A stretch of 64,000 nucleotides of DNA from positions 3,008,001 through 3,072,000 of the forward strand of contig CAVUSO010000001.1 of assembly GCA_963744145.1 (NCBI GenBank), given 5' to 3'. Shown here in pieces: positions 49,658 through 60,209 of the stretch. Below the pieces are notes generated by a model. The model was not told the origin of the DNA, did not search any database, and saw only the letters and a program-made list of their open reading frames with translations. Source of the stretch: an uncultured cyanobacterium (lineage in GTDB: Bacteria; Cyanobacteriota; Cyanobacteriia; Cyanobacteriales; CAWUOF01). Numbering within the stretch: the first letter of the stretch is position 1; each line of letters begins with the position of its first letter. The position numbers and the translations under genes are program-made.

Positions 49658-49795
49658 ATGGACTACATTGACGTAGTATGGGAAAAGGTGAAAGAATGGG
49701 CTCGGAAGCTGATTGAAGCACTGTTGGGACCAGAATCTGAACCAGAACCCGAACTAATTCCAATCCCTGTGAACGATCGCCAAAATCATCGGTAA
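49658..49795 (+). CDS. atpT: Small protein, probable ATP synthase inhibitor AtpTheta (Norf1) (not in the ORF track)
   Basis: AAGGAG at 49641; MDYIDVVWEKVKEWARKLIEALLGPESEPEPELIPIPVNDRQNHR (45 aa), an amphipathic helix followed by an acidic/Pro tail. Confidence 0.7.
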   Translation: MDYIDVVWEKVKEWARKLIEALLGPESEPEPELIPIPVNDRQNHR

Positions 49796-49824
49796 AATCT
49801 AGAACTTCTTTGGGAATGTAGCAC

Positions 49825-50268
49825 TTGTTAAGTATTTTGGTACTGCATGGACCAAACTTGAATCTCTTGGGGAAAAGAGAACCTGGTATATATGGTCAGC
49901 AAAGTTTAGCGGATATAAACAGCTTACTAGCTCAAGAGAGCCAAAAGCTAACCGTGAAAATATCAGAGTTGCAATCCAACCATGAAGGAGTTTTAATCGA
50001 TGCAATTCATGGTGCACTCGGAGTTCACCAAGGAATATTAATTAATGCTGGCGCTTATACCCATACCAGTGTAGCTCTTGGAGATGCGATCGCGGCGGTG
50101 AATATCCCCACCGTCGAGGTACATTTGAGTAATATATATAAGCGAGAAACTTTTCGCCATCACTCCTACCTTGCTCCAGTAGTAATTGGGCAAATTAGTG
50201 GTTTTGGTGCAGAAAGTTATCGTTTGGGTCTCCAAGCTTTAACCAATTATCTCAACCAAAACCGCTAA
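49825..50268 (+). CDS. aroQ: Type II 3-dehydroquinate dehydratase
   Basis: [23 protein letters not shown] and [11 protein letters not shown] motifs. Confidence 0.97.
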   Translation: MLSILVLHGPNLNLLGKREPGIYGQQSLADINSLLAQESQKLTVKISELQSNHEGVLIDAIHGALGVHQGILINAGAYTHTSVALGDAIAAVNIPTVEVHLSNIYKRETFRHHSYLAPVVIGQISGFGAESYRLGLQALTNYLNQNR

Positions 50269-50285
50269 AATTCCCGAATCACTAA

Positions 50286-51272
50286 ATGCAATACTCCCTG
50301 TTTAACCGGTTTCGTGGAGCTTTGGTGGGAGCGATCATGGGAGAGGTTTTTGGTGCTTATGTGCAAAAACAATCCCCGAGTCAAAAACTAAATTGGCGAT
50401 CGCGTCAACAATTACCTCGAAATTTCAACTGGGCTTTCCCATCTGGACCAGAATTAAGCAACGAGAGCCAAAATAATCCACCAAAATGGGCAACTTGGCA
50501 CCTAGAAAGCTTGATTCGTCAAGGAATTTTGACGACAAAACCAGCCGAAAAGTTATTCATCACACCATCTAGTCTGAATTCGCGGACAGATATTACCTAT
50601 GAACATAGTGTCATAACTTGGGTGCCAATTGCACTCTTTTTTCATGAGCAGCAGGGAAAATTACAGGAAAATTTAATCCAAGTGATTGAAGGTGAAAAAT
50701 TAAAGATTGTTTTAATAATTGCCCGAGCGATCGGCTGGGCGTTACAAGGGAAACTAGAGCCAGAAAAATTAATTAGAGAAATTATTAACGAGCTACAATC
50801 TGAGCATAATCAGGAAAAATCAGACAGTTTGATCCAGCAACTAGAGCAAGTAGAGAGATTAATTCAGCAAAATGCTGGAATAGAAATGGTGGAAAGGAGC
50901 ATCTGGTCTGCGGATCAGATCACCCCAGTAGCTGTAGCATTGTATTGTTTTCTCAGTACCCCAACAGACTTTCGTCTGTCTGTAATTCGAGCAAGTCGAA
51001 TTGGGAATGAACCTCAATTAACCTGTGCGATCGCCGCAGTTTTATCAGGAACATACAATGGTATTACGGGTATTCCCCTATCCTGGCGCTTGACTTTAAA
51101 TCGAAAAAATGCTATTAATTCCCTGCTAAAATCAATATGGGGCATAAATTCAGGGACAGAGATCGAAACCTTAAGCGATCGCTTGCTAAGTGCTTGGGTA
51201 GGAATTTATCACCCCAATAGTCCGATCGACCCTCACCTCCTCCAAACAATTACAGCACCACAAGTAAGGTAG
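50286..51272 (+). CDS. ADP-ribosylglycohydrolase-family protein (degenerate)
   Basis: RFRGALVGAIMGE, ALYCFL and AVLSGTYNGITGIPLSW motifs. Confidence 0.75.
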   Translation: MQYSLFNRFRGALVGAIMGEVFGAYVQKQSPSQKLNWRSRQQLPRNFNWAFPSGPELSNESQNNPPKWATWHLESLIRQGILTTKPAEKLFITPSSLNSRTDITYEHSVITWVPIALFFHEQQGKLQENLIQVIEGEKLKIVLIIARAIGWALQGKLEPEKLIREIINELQSEHNQEKSDSLIQQLEQVERLIQQNAGIEMVERSIWSADQITPVAVALYCFLSTPTDFRLSVIRASRIGNEPQLTCAIAAVLSGTYNGITGIPLSWRLTLNRKNAINSLLKSIWGINSGTEIETLSDRLLSAWVGIYHPNSPIDPHLLQTITAPQVR

Positions 51273-51329
51273 AAGGAACATTGATGCCCAAAGAAGGGTA
51301 TGATCAGGGTGATTTGGGTAGGTGAAAGT

Positions 51330-52721
51330 ATGCAAAAACATCGTTCTATGTTAGCTCTAATTCTAGTTTTAATGATTGGTGCATTGATCGCGATCAGTCG
51401 AGTACCAATCAAATTGGGGTTAGATCTCCGTGGGGGGTCACAACTAACCATCCAGGTGAAAACCTCTACAGAAGTCAAAACCATTGACGAACGGGTTTTA
51501 GAAGCAGTCAAACGAGTGATCGAAAACCGAATTAATGGACTGGGGGTATCAGAACCAGTAGTCCAAACTGTGGGAAATAACCAAATCCTAGTTCAGCTAC
51601 CAGGAGTAAGTGATCCAGAACAAGCGGAACGAGTCTTAGGTGGGACAGCTCAATTAGACTTTCGGGAACAAAAAATTGGTACAGAAGGACAATTACTAGC
51701 GGAATTGAAAGTAAGACAAGATTTACTCGACAAACAAATAGAATTAAAAAAAGCCGATGATAAAACCGCGATCGCTACAAATATTGCTGCAATTAATCGG
51801 AGCAATGAAGCAATTAATCCGTTATTTGAGCGAATTGGTTTAACTGGTAAAAACCTGATTGATGCTTATGCTAGTGCATCTCCGGGGGGTGCTTGGGAAG
51901 TAGCGATTCGGTTTGATCCGACCGGTGGAGACTTATTTGCGGAATTAACTAAAAAACTAGCTGGAACCGGAAGATCCATTGGGATTTTCCTAGACGATAA
52001 ACTAATTAGTTCCCCAACCGTTCAGGTGAGCTATGCTCAAACAGGTATTACTGGTGGGAGTGCAGTGATTAGTGGTAACTTTACCGTCCAAACTGCTAGC
52101 GATTTAGCTATTCAACTGCGAGGTGGAGCATTACCAGCACCAGTAGAAATAGTAGAAAATCGAACTGTAGGTGCAACTTTAGGTCAAGATAGTATCCGGA
52201 GTAGCATTTATGCAGGAGCAGGTGGATTAATTCTAGTCTTGCTGTTTATGATTGTTTACTATCGTCTTCCTGGTATTATTGCCGATGTGGCTCTGATTAT
52301 TTATGCTTTATTAACTTGGGCTAGTTTTGCGCTTCTAGGTGTCACCCTTACCTTACCAGGAATAGCAGGTTTTATCCTCAGTATTGGGATGGCAGTGGAT
52401 GCAAATGTGTTAATCTTTGAACGGACTAGAGAAGAATTGCGATCGGGTAAGACCTTATATCGTTCCATTGAATCAGGTTTTTATCGTGCTTTTTCAAGTA
52501 TTTTAGATGGCAATGTTACTACTTTAATTGCCTGTGGAGCATTATTTTTTCTCGGTTCAGGTTTGGTCAAAGGTTTTGCTCTGACTCTAGCATTAGGGGT
52601 AGGAATGAGTATGTTTACAGCAATTACCTGTAGCCGTACTTTCTTAATGTTAGCAATTTCCCTGCCAAAACTGCGCCGACCCGAATTATTTTGTCCTAAA
52701 TTAGAGCAGGTGCAGGAATGA
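51330..52721 (+). CDS. secD: Protein translocase subunit SecD
   Basis: [18 protein letters not shown] and [14 protein letters not shown] motifs. Confidence 0.97.
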   Translation: MQKHRSMLALILVLMIGALIAISRVPIKLGLDLRGGSQLTIQVKTSTEVKTIDERVLEAVKRVIENRINGLGVSEPVVQTVGNNQILVQLPGVSDPEQAERVLGGTAQLDFREQKIGTEGQLLAELKVRQDLLDKQIELKKADDKTAIATNIAAINRSNEAINPLFERIGLTGKNLIDAYASASPGGAWEVAIRFDPTGGDLFAELTKKLAGTGRSIGIFLDDKLISSPTVQVSYAQTGITGGSAVISGNFTVQTASDLAIQLRGGALPAPVEIVENRTVGATLGQDSIRSSIYAGAGGLILVLLFMIVYYRLPGIIADVALIIYALLTWASFALLGVTLTLPGIAGFILSIGMAVDANVLIFERTREELRSGKTLYRSIESGFYRAFSSILDGNVTTLIACGALFFLGSGLVKGFALTLALGVGMSMFTAITCSRTFLMLAISLPKLRRPELFCPKLEQVQE

Positions 52722-53698
52722 AATTAAAGATAATTGAGCAGAGAGGAATATGGTGGGGTTTATCTGCGATTATTATTCTTAATGGGTTAATCGCAATGGC
52801 AATTTCTTGGACTAATCCTGATATTCGCGCTCCCTTACGTCCGAGTCTTGATTTTATTGGTGGAACAAAATTACAATTTGAATTAGATTGCACCAAACCA
52901 GGAAATTGTGATCAACCCATCAATCTGAAAATTGTCCGTGAAGTTGTCGATGGAGAAGAGTTAAATGGTAGTACCATCCAAATCGTAGATCAACATAGTC
53001 TCTCGATTCGCACTAAAAACTTAGATGTAGAAGAACGAACTAAACTCCAAAACGCATTGAGTGCAAAAATTGGCTCTTTTGATGCTGAGAAAATTCAAAT
53101 TGATAGCGTTGGTCCGATTTTAGGAAGACAGCTATTAAATTCTGGTTTATTAGCAGTATTATGTTCCTTTTTGGGGATTCTTATTTATCTCAGCTTTCGC
53201 TTTCAATTTGACTATGCTTTTTTTGCTTTTGTCGCTTTGTTTCACGATCTTTTAATCACCGTTGGCATTTTTGCTATTTTCGGTTTAGCATTAGGAGTCG
53301 AAGTTGATAGTTTATTCATCGTCGCGCTCTTAACTATTATCGGGTTTTCGGTTAATGATACCGTCGTCATCTATGACCGAATTCGAGAAGCGATCGCGTT
53401 ACATCCAGAGCAGGAAATTAATCAAATTGTGGATGATGCTGTCAATCAAACCCTCGGGAGATCAATTAATACTACTCTCACTGTATTATTAACTTTAGTC
53501 TCGATCTTTTTATTCGGGGGAGAAACTTTGAGATACTTTGCTTTAGCCTTAATTATTGGTTTTAGTGCTGGAGCTTATTCAAGTATATTCATTGCTAGCA
53601 CTCTCCTTGCTTGGTGGCGATCGCGATCGACTTCAACTAGTTTAGAGCAAACTAAAGCACCAGAATCTCTTGATTCTAGCAGCTCTGACCCAGTTTAG
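52718..53698 (+). CDS. secF: Protein translocase subunit SecF
   Basis: [23 protein letters not shown] and RSINT motifs. Confidence 0.97.
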   Translation: MKLKIIEQRGIWWGLSAIIILNGLIAMAISWTNPDIRAPLRPSLDFIGGTKLQFELDCTKPGNCDQPINLKIVREVVDGEELNGSTIQIVDQHSLSIRTKNLDVEERTKLQNALSAKIGSFDAEKIQIDSVGPILGRQLLNSGLLAVLCSFLGILIYLSFRFQFDYAFFAFVALFHDLLITVGIFAIFGLALGVEVDSLFIVALLTIIGFSVNDTVVIYDRIREAIALHPEQEINQIVDDAVNQTLGRSINTTLTVLLTLVSIFLFGGETLRYFALALIIGFSAGAYSSIFIASTLLAWWRSRSTSTSLEQTKAPESLDSSSSDPV

Positions 53699-53700
53699 TT

Positions 53701-53795
53701 CTTATTAATCTATTTATTGACAGGCAAGATGCCTGTCCCACCAGGAAAAATAATTTTTGTGGGACAGACATCTTGCCTGTCTTATTTATTTTTGC
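53701..53795. repeat. Core of the 4127-type element (REP pair) without the outer TIRs
   Basis: Near-identical to 4146-4240; lies between convergent secF and pepF. Confidence 0.8.
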
Positions 53796-53818
53796 TTTCT
53801 TATCTACTAACCAAAAAA

Positions 53819-55636
53819 TTACAAATTGGCTTGCAATTGATCTAAAAGACCCTCAACATAATTCAAAGCATTAACTATGGTTTTTGGATCTTCAATATCA
53901 ACCCCAACATAACGACGCAAAGCTGCTACTTGATCCATCCCACCACCAGCAGCTAGTAATTCCAAATAACCAGGAATAAAATCCTTACCAGTTTGGAGAT
54001 ATTTTTGATAACAAGCTAAACTGACCACATTAGAAGCGGTATATTGATAGCAATAAAAAGGCTGAAAATAAATGTGACCAATTTTTGCCCAATCATATTG
54101 ATGTTCTGGCAATAATTCTACTACATCTCCACAGATTTGCTGATAAAGTTTCAGCCATTCTTCATTTACCCATTTGTGATCAAAACTCCCTTCATTAGCA
54201 CGGGTATGGATCGCTAATTCTAAACGACTAATTGTACTTTGACGAAACAAGAGATTGAATTGATCTTCAAGCTGACGAGTGATTAAAGATTGGGTAAGAG
54301 CAGTATCCCCGACAGCATCTTTCAGCAAATAGTCAAGCAATAGCAATTCATTAAAAGTTGAAGCGATCTCAGCTAATACTAAGGGGGGATTGCTATTAAA
54401 ATAGGATTGAGTTTGATCAATCCAAGTACAATGTAATCCGTGACCCATTTCGTGAGCTAGAGTAAACAGAGAGTTATAATCATTGGTATAAGAAAGAAAC
54501 AAATAACTATGTAACCCATGACTATAAGCACAAAATGCACCACTTCGTTTACCAGGACGTACTTTTGCATCTACCCAATTTTTGAGAAAAAATTCTTCAG
54601 CACGATGAGCATAATTTACATCAAATTCTTCTAAAGCACTAAGCAGAGTAGTGATACCAGTTTTATAGTCAATAGATGGAATTGATTTAGTGACTGTACC
54701 CCAAGGTGCATAAATATCACAGATCCGAATTTTCTGATTTAGGGTTTTACTTTTGAGCTGATAATAACGCTGGAATAAATCAAATCTACTCGCAGTCCCT
54801 TCCATAATTGTCTGAAAGACTGGTTCAGAAACCTGATCAGAAATCAGTTGTTTATGTAATGTTGAGGAATAACCACGTAGTTGATTTTCAATGCGATGAT
54901 CTTGAGCAATAGTATTGAGAATATAACCATAAAGCGAATTATGCTGTTTTAGCACTTGTCGGATCGCGATATAGGAATCATAGCGGACTTTAGCATCCTG
55001 ATGAAACATTAAAGCTGCTAATTCTGGTTCAGTATTAACAACTTTACCTTCAGGAGTAGTGACAGAGGGATACTCTTGTTCCCCTAGATGGATGGAACGT
55101 AATTGGATAAATGCTTGTCTACCAGTTAAATTATCTTGATTCCGAGTTTGCTCAACTTCTTCAGTTAGTTTGTGGGGACGAAAATCAGCGATTCGCTTTA
55201 AATAGTGGGTATAATTAGCTAGTGCGATCGCGGTTGGTAATTCGGAAAATTTACTCAGTTCAATTTCCTGTAATTCTAAATCAAAAAATAGTAATTGATT
55301 GTCGATCGCGGTGAGCAATTCCATAATTTTGTCTAGAAATTGCTTTGCTTCAGTGTTACGAGTATCTACAGCAAAATTCAGAGAGTGAAAAGAGTAAATA
55401 AAACCAGATTTTTGGTTAATTGCTTCTAATTTTTGCAAACATTCAGCAATTTCTGCTGGGGAGAGATGGACAATTTTCCCGCGATATTGTTGACGGAATT
55501 CTGCTGTACTTTGTTGTAATAACTCTAAATCTTTAGCTAATTGGGGGTCATTAAAACCTTGATACAGATCGGATAAGTCCCATGATTGGGGTTCATCTAA
55601 CTCAATTATGGGGGTAATGTCTGATAATTGAACCAA
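53819..55636 (-). CDS. pepF: Oligoendopeptidase F (M3B family)
   Basis: WDLSDLY, GKRSGAFC, TLAHEMGH, AEIAS and FYCYQY motifs. Confidence 0.88.
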   Translation of the reverse strand: MVQLSDITPIIELDEPQSWDLSDLYQGFNDPQLAKDLELLQQSTAEFRQQYRGKIVHLSPAEIAECLQKLEAINQKSGFIYSFHSLNFAVDTRNTEAKQFLDKIMELLTAIDNQLLFFDLELQEIELSKFSELPTAIALANYTHYLKRIADFRPHKLTEEVEQTRNQDNLTGRQAFIQLRSIHLGEQEYPSVTTPEGKVVNTEPELAALMFHQDAKVRYDSYIAIRQVLKQHNSLYGYILNTIAQDHRIENQLRGYSSTLHKQLISDQVSEPVFQTIMEGTASRFDLFQRYYQLKSKTLNQKIRICDIYAPWGTVTKSIPSIDYKTGITTLLSALEEFDVNYAHRAEEFFLKNWVDAKVRPGKRSGAFCAYSHGLHSYLFLSYTNDYNSLFTLAHEMGHGLHCTWIDQTQSYFNSNPPLVLAEIASTFNELLLLDYLLKDAVGDTALTQSLITRQLEDQFNLLFRQSTISRLELAIHTRANEGSFDHKWVNEEWLKLYQQICGDVVELLPEHQYDWAKIGHIYFQPFYCYQYTASNVVSLACYQKYLQTGKDFIPGYLELLAAGGGMDQVAALRRYVGVDIEDPKTIVNALNYVEGLLDQLQANL

Positions 55637-55798
55637 AGTAAGACTCCTTTAGGTAATTAAACGAGGTTTGTTTGTTTATATTATTGCTGTTTTTGGTTAA
55701 TTTTGTCGATCAAGAACTGGACTAGCTCAGTTAAATTGTTGGTATAATTACAAATAGCAGCAAACCTACTATCAATATTAACATTGGTTCTGTCTACC

Positions 55799-57667
55799 AT
55801 GTCATCTCCACCAAATTTACCGTTGGTAAAAGACACAGAGCGTTTAGAAAATCTTCTCCAAGAGATTCCCTCAGAACCGGGAGTTTATTTGATGAGGGAT
55901 GATTGCGATCGCATTCTCTATATTGGTAAGTCAAAAAAACTCCGCTCCCGGGTCCGCTCCTATTTCCGCGATCGCGAACATTTGAGTACCCGCATTAGCT
56001 TAATGGTACAACAGATCAGCCAAATTGAATTTATTGTTACCGATTCCGAAGCTGAAGCTCTAGCATTAGAAGCAAATCTTGTCAAGCAACATCAACCTTA
56101 TTTTAATGTTCTCTTGAAAGATGATAAAAAATATCCCTATCTCTGTATTACTTGGTCCGAAAAATACCCTAATATTTTTATTACTCGTAAACGACGTTTA
56201 GGAAATCCCCAAGATCGTTATTATGGTCCTTATGTCGATACTCATGCTTTACGAACTACCCTGGGATTAGTCAAGCAAATTTTCCCCCTCCGTCAACGAC
56301 CCCAACCCCTATTTAAAGATCGTCCTTGTCTGAATTATGATATTGGTAGATGTGCTGGAGTTTGTCAGGAATTAATCTCACCCGAAGAATACCGTCAAAC
56401 CATGCAAAAAGTCGCGATGATTTTTCAAGGGAGAAGTCAAGAACTATTTGATCTACTCATAGCACAAATGGAACAAGCAGCAGCAGAATTAAACTTTGAA
56501 TATGCAGCAAGTTTACGCGATCGCATTTTCGGATTAAAATCTCTAGGTGCTCAACAAAAAGTTTCCCTTCCCGATGATACCATTTCCCGCGATGCGATCG
56601 CTCTAGCAACAGATCAGCAACACGCTTGTATTCAACTCTTCCAAATTCGAGCTGGACAATTAGTAGGAAGACTAGGTTTTGTGAGTGGGGAAGGAGAACC
56701 AGGAGCAATTTTACAACGAGTATTAGAAGAACATTATCAAACCGTTGAACCAGTAGAAATCCCTGGAGAAATTTTAGTTCAGCATGAACTTCCAGAAGGA
56801 GAAATATTAGGGAATTGGTTAAGCGATCGCAAAGGTCGAAAAGTGACAATTTTTACACCTCAACGTCAAACCAAAGCTGACTTGATTGAAATGGTGGAAA
56901 AAAATGCTCAATATGAACTATTGAGGATGCAAAAACTGAGCGATCGCAACACCCAAGCTCTCCAAGATTTAGCAGAAATTCTCGATCTCCCAGACTTACC
57001 TCATCGGATCGAAGGTTATGATATTTCCCATATTCAAGGAGCTAATGCAGTTGCTTCACAAGTAGTCTTTATTGATGGTATACCTGGTAAACAACATTAC
57101 CGTCATTATAAAATCAAAAATCCGACAGTCACTAGCGGACATTCTGACGACTTTGCTAGTTTAGCAGAAGTAATTAATCGTCGTTTCCGCAAATATATTG
57201 AAGATCCAAATCAACCACGTCTGGGAAATTCAGATTGGCCCGATTTAATTATGATCGATGGAGGTAAGGGTCAATTATCCGCAGTAATTAAAGTTTTGCA
57301 AGACCTAAACTTATTAACAGATTTACGAGTAATTAGTTTAGCTAAACAACGGGAAGAAATTTTTCTCCCAGGAGCATCTTTACCCTTAGAAACCAACCCC
57401 GAACAACCAGGAGTCCAATTATTACGAAGACTCAGAGATGAAGCACATCGATTTGCAATTACTTTCCATCGACAACAACGAAGTGATCAATTAAAGCGAT
57501 CGCGATTAGACGAAATACCTGGATTAGGGTTCCATCGTCAAAAACTACTCCTAGCGCATTTCCATTCCCTTGATTATATTCGGATCGCGACTCCAGAAAA
57601 ATTAGCAGAAGTCGCGGGAATCGGTCCAAAGTTAGCTCAACAAATATATGATTATTTCCATCCCTGA
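55799..57667 (+). CDS. uvrC: Excinuclease ABC subunit C
   Basis: [42 protein letters not shown] and C-terminal HhH motifs. Confidence 0.98.
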   Translation: MSSPPNLPLVKDTERLENLLQEIPSEPGVYLMRDDCDRILYIGKSKKLRSRVRSYFRDREHLSTRISLMVQQISQIEFIVTDSEAEALALEANLVKQHQPYFNVLLKDDKKYPYLCITWSEKYPNIFITRKRRLGNPQDRYYGPYVDTHALRTTLGLVKQIFPLRQRPQPLFKDRPCLNYDIGRCAGVCQELISPEEYRQTMQKVAMIFQGRSQELFDLLIAQMEQAAAELNFEYAASLRDRIFGLKSLGAQQKVSLPDDTISRDAIALATDQQHACIQLFQIRAGQLVGRLGFVSGEGEPGAILQRVLEEHYQTVEPVEIPGEILVQHELPEGEILGNWLSDRKGRKVTIFTPQRQTKADLIEMVEKNAQYELLRMQKLSDRNTQALQDLAEILDLPDLPHRIEGYDISHIQGANAVASQVVFIDGIPGKQHYRHYKIKNPTVTSGHSDDFASLAEVINRRFRKYIEDPNQPRLGNSDWPDLIMIDGGKGQLSAVIKVLQDLNLLTDLRVISLAKQREEIFLPGASLPLETNPEQPGVQLLRRLRDEAHRFAITFHRQQRSDQLKRSRLDEIPGLGFHRQKLLLAHFHSLDYIRIATPEKLAEVAGIGPKLAQQIYDYFHP

Positions 57668-57753
57668 ACCGATATTACCCCAATAAATTAGCTCCCCAAA
57701 TCAGCAAAGAACATTTATTATATATTTAAGCATCTCCAATCATTTTTGCCAGT

Positions 57754-59154
57754 ATGAGCCACTGTATTAATCCTAATTGTAACAATCCTTTCAACCCCGA
57801 TCACCATAAATTTTGTCAGACTTGTGGTTCCTCACTGGTACTGAGAAACCGCTATCGAGCGATTAAACCTTTAGGGGACGGTGGTTTTGGGAAAACCTAT
57901 CAAGCAGAAGATCTCGACTGTTTAAATGCAGTTTGTGTGATCAAACAATTTTTACCATCAGCAGATATTCAAGCTAATCCCCAAATTTTACAAAAAGCTA
58001 CAGAATTATTTAACCAAGAAGCAGAAAGACTATTTCACCTAGGAGAACACTCCCAGATTCCCCGATTACTAGCTTATTTTGAACAAGACAAACGTTTGTA
58101 TTTAGTGCAAGAATTAATTGACGGACAAACCTTGCTCCAAGAATTACAAACAGAGGGAGTTTTTAGTGAAACCAAAATTCGGGAAATTTTACTAGATTTA
58201 TTACCAGTTCTGCAAGTAATCCATGGAGAAGGAGTAATTCACCGAGATATCAAACCAGATAACATTATGCGTCGTCGTAAAGATGGCAAATTAATCTTAA
58301 TTGATTTTGGCGTATCTAAACAAGTCACAGGTACAATTTTTAACCAACAAGGTACTTCTGTCGGTACACCTGGATATATACCTTTAGAACAATTACGTGG
58401 AACTGCTTATCCAGCTAGCGATTTATACAGTTTAGGTGTAACTTGTGTGATTTTGTTAACCGGATGTTTACCAAAGGGAGATGGTTCGAGTGACTTATAT
58501 AATCCGATCGAAGGTAGTTGGATCTGGAAAGAACGTTTACCAGCAGAAATAAATATTAATCCCATTTTAGAACAAATTTTAAACAAAATGCTGGCAGAAA
58601 GAGTTAAGGATCGCTATCAGTCAGCTTTAGAAGTATCGCAAGATTTGCAAGATAACTTAAGTTCAGCAGTAGGAGTAGATTATCGGAAATTAAGAGATTT
58701 ATTAGCAGTAGGAAACTGGAAAGAAGCTGATGCAGAAACTGTGCATTTGATGTTATTAGCAAGTGGCAGAAAAAAAGAAGGTTGGATTGATCAGAATAGC
58801 ATAAAAAACTTTCCTTGTCTAGATTTAGCGACAATTGATCGATTATGGTTAAAATATAGTAATGGGCATTTTGGATTTACAGTCCAAAAAAAGATTTGGC
58901 AAAGTTTAGGGGGAAATGCCAACTCAGATGTTAGTGTTTATAAAGAATTTTGCGATCGCATTGGTTGGCATGAAAAAGGAGAATTACTATATTATTCTAA
59001 TCTCACCTTTGATCTGAATGTTCCCCCAGGACATTTACCATCGGGAAGAGCTGGAGATATATCTTTATTAGTCAGATTAGTAGGTAAATTAGGTGGTTTT
59101 GGAGTGGAAAGGGTATCATTATTGGTATCACGGTTAGAAAGCTGCGGAATTTAG
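57754..59154 (+). CDS. Ser/Thr protein kinase with an N-terminal 4-Cys prefix and a C-terminal GUN4 domain
   Basis: CINPNC..FCQTCG; GGFGKT, HRDIKPDN and DFG; GUN4 motifs WKEAD..DRLWLKYSNGHFGF..GHLP. Confidence 0.93.
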   Translation: MSHCINPNCNNPFNPDHHKFCQTCGSSLVLRNRYRAIKPLGDGGFGKTYQAEDLDCLNAVCVIKQFLPSADIQANPQILQKATELFNQEAERLFHLGEHSQIPRLLAYFEQDKRLYLVQELIDGQTLLQELQTEGVFSETKIREILLDLLPVLQVIHGEGVIHRDIKPDNIMRRRKDGKLILIDFGVSKQVTGTIFNQQGTSVGTPGYIPLEQLRGTAYPASDLYSLGVTCVILLTGCLPKGDGSSDLYNPIEGSWIWKERLPAEININPILEQILNKMLAERVKDRYQSALEVSQDLQDNLSSAVGVDYRKLRDLLAVGNWKEADAETVHLMLLASGRKKEGWIDQNSIKNFPCLDLATIDRLWLKYSNGHFGFTVQKKIWQSLGGNANSDVSVYKEFCDRIGWHEKGELLYYSNLTFDLNVPPGHLPSGRAGDISLLVRLVGKLGGFGVERVSLLVSRLESCGI

Positions 59155-59241
59155 TTAAAATCAACTGTAATCATTTCTCAGATTCTAGAAATGCCCTATT
59201 GTCAGAAGTAGTATTTTGGAATGAGGAGTAGTTAAACAGCA

Positions 59242-60120
59242 GTGTGGACTCATAAGGATACAACACCAAACAATCACGAAAATGACAATCAACCTGAGCG
59301 ATATCCGTTTGATGGTTGGTCTTTAGATGAGCGCAACCCAGACACTATTAACTCTTTATTGCCAATATGGGAATGGCTTTATAACTACTATTTTCGGGTA
59401 CAAACTGATGGGTGGGAAAATGTCCCAAAGACGAATAAAACCCTAGTTGTCGGTTCCCATAACGGTGGTTTAGTAGCCCCCGATATGTTTATGTTTATGT
59501 ATGATTGGTTTCGACGGTATGGGACGGAACGTTTAGCTTACGGATTAGCCCATCCCATGGTCTGGAAAGTTTTTCCTCAATTAGCTCCTTTTGCGGTTCA
59601 GTGTGGAGCAATTGTCGCTCATCCCCAAATGGCGATCGCCGCTTTACAGGAAAATGCTACTGTTCTAGTCTACCCAGGTGGTGCCCAAGATACCTTTCGA
59701 CCCCATTATTTACGAGAAAAAATTTATTTTGCAGGACGTAAGGGTTTCATTAAACTAGCACTCCGGGAAGAAGTACCCATTTTACCCATAATTTCTTGGG
59801 GTGCCCATGATAGTTTCGTCGTCTTAGGAGATTTTTATCCCCAATTACGACAATTACATCAAAAGGGGATGCCTTGGATTTTTAATCTTGATCCAGTAGT
59901 ATTTCCGATTTATTTAGGGTTACCCTGGCTCTTAAGTATTGGACCATTGCCCCATCTTCCCTTACCACTAACAATTCGCACGCGGGTTTGTGCCCCCATC
60001 ATCTTTAACCGTTATGGAAGGGACGCAGCGAGCGATCGCGACTATGTAGACAACTGTTATGAACGAGTCCAGACCTTAATGCAATTAGAATTAAACCGAT
60101 TAATTCAAGAAAGCCACTAA
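59242..60120 (+). CDS. Lysophospholipid/diacylglycerol acyltransferase family protein
   Basis: VGSHNGG..PD, LVYPGG and RKGFIKLAL motifs. Confidence 0.85.
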   Translation: MWTHKDTTPNNHENDNQPERYPFDGWSLDERNPDTINSLLPIWEWLYNYYFRVQTDGWENVPKTNKTLVVGSHNGGLVAPDMFMFMYDWFRRYGTERLAYGLAHPMVWKVFPQLAPFAVQCGAIVAHPQMAIAALQENATVLVYPGGAQDTFRPHYLREKIYFAGRKGFIKLALREEVPILPIISWGAHDSFVVLGDFYPQLRQLHQKGMPWIFNLDPVVFPIYLGLPWLLSIGPLPHLPLPLTIRTRVCAPIIFNRYGRDAASDRDYVDNCYERVQTLMQLELNRLIQESH

Positions 60121-60131
60121 ATTGAGCAAAG

Positions 60132-60175
60132 GTTCGTAGTAAGCGCTAAGAGCGCTCTGTGCGCTTACTACAAAC
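60132..60175. repeat. GTAG-type REP-like palindrome between convergent genes (possible terminator)
   Basis: GTAGTAAGCGC...GCGCTTACTAC perfect 11-bp stem. Confidence 0.65.
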
Positions 60176-60209
60176 TTAACGGTTATTCCACTAGACCCAT
60201 AGACATGGT

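Noticed and set aside
49799..50235. Short minus-strand ORFs here, and similar 60-130 aa ORFs nested in or antisense to long genes across the window
   Set aside because: They overlap well-supported genes and have no recognisable motifs.
57754..59154. Complete diversity-generating retroelement targeting kinase/GUN4 genes
   Set aside because: No reverse transcriptase, accessory gene or template repeat in the window.
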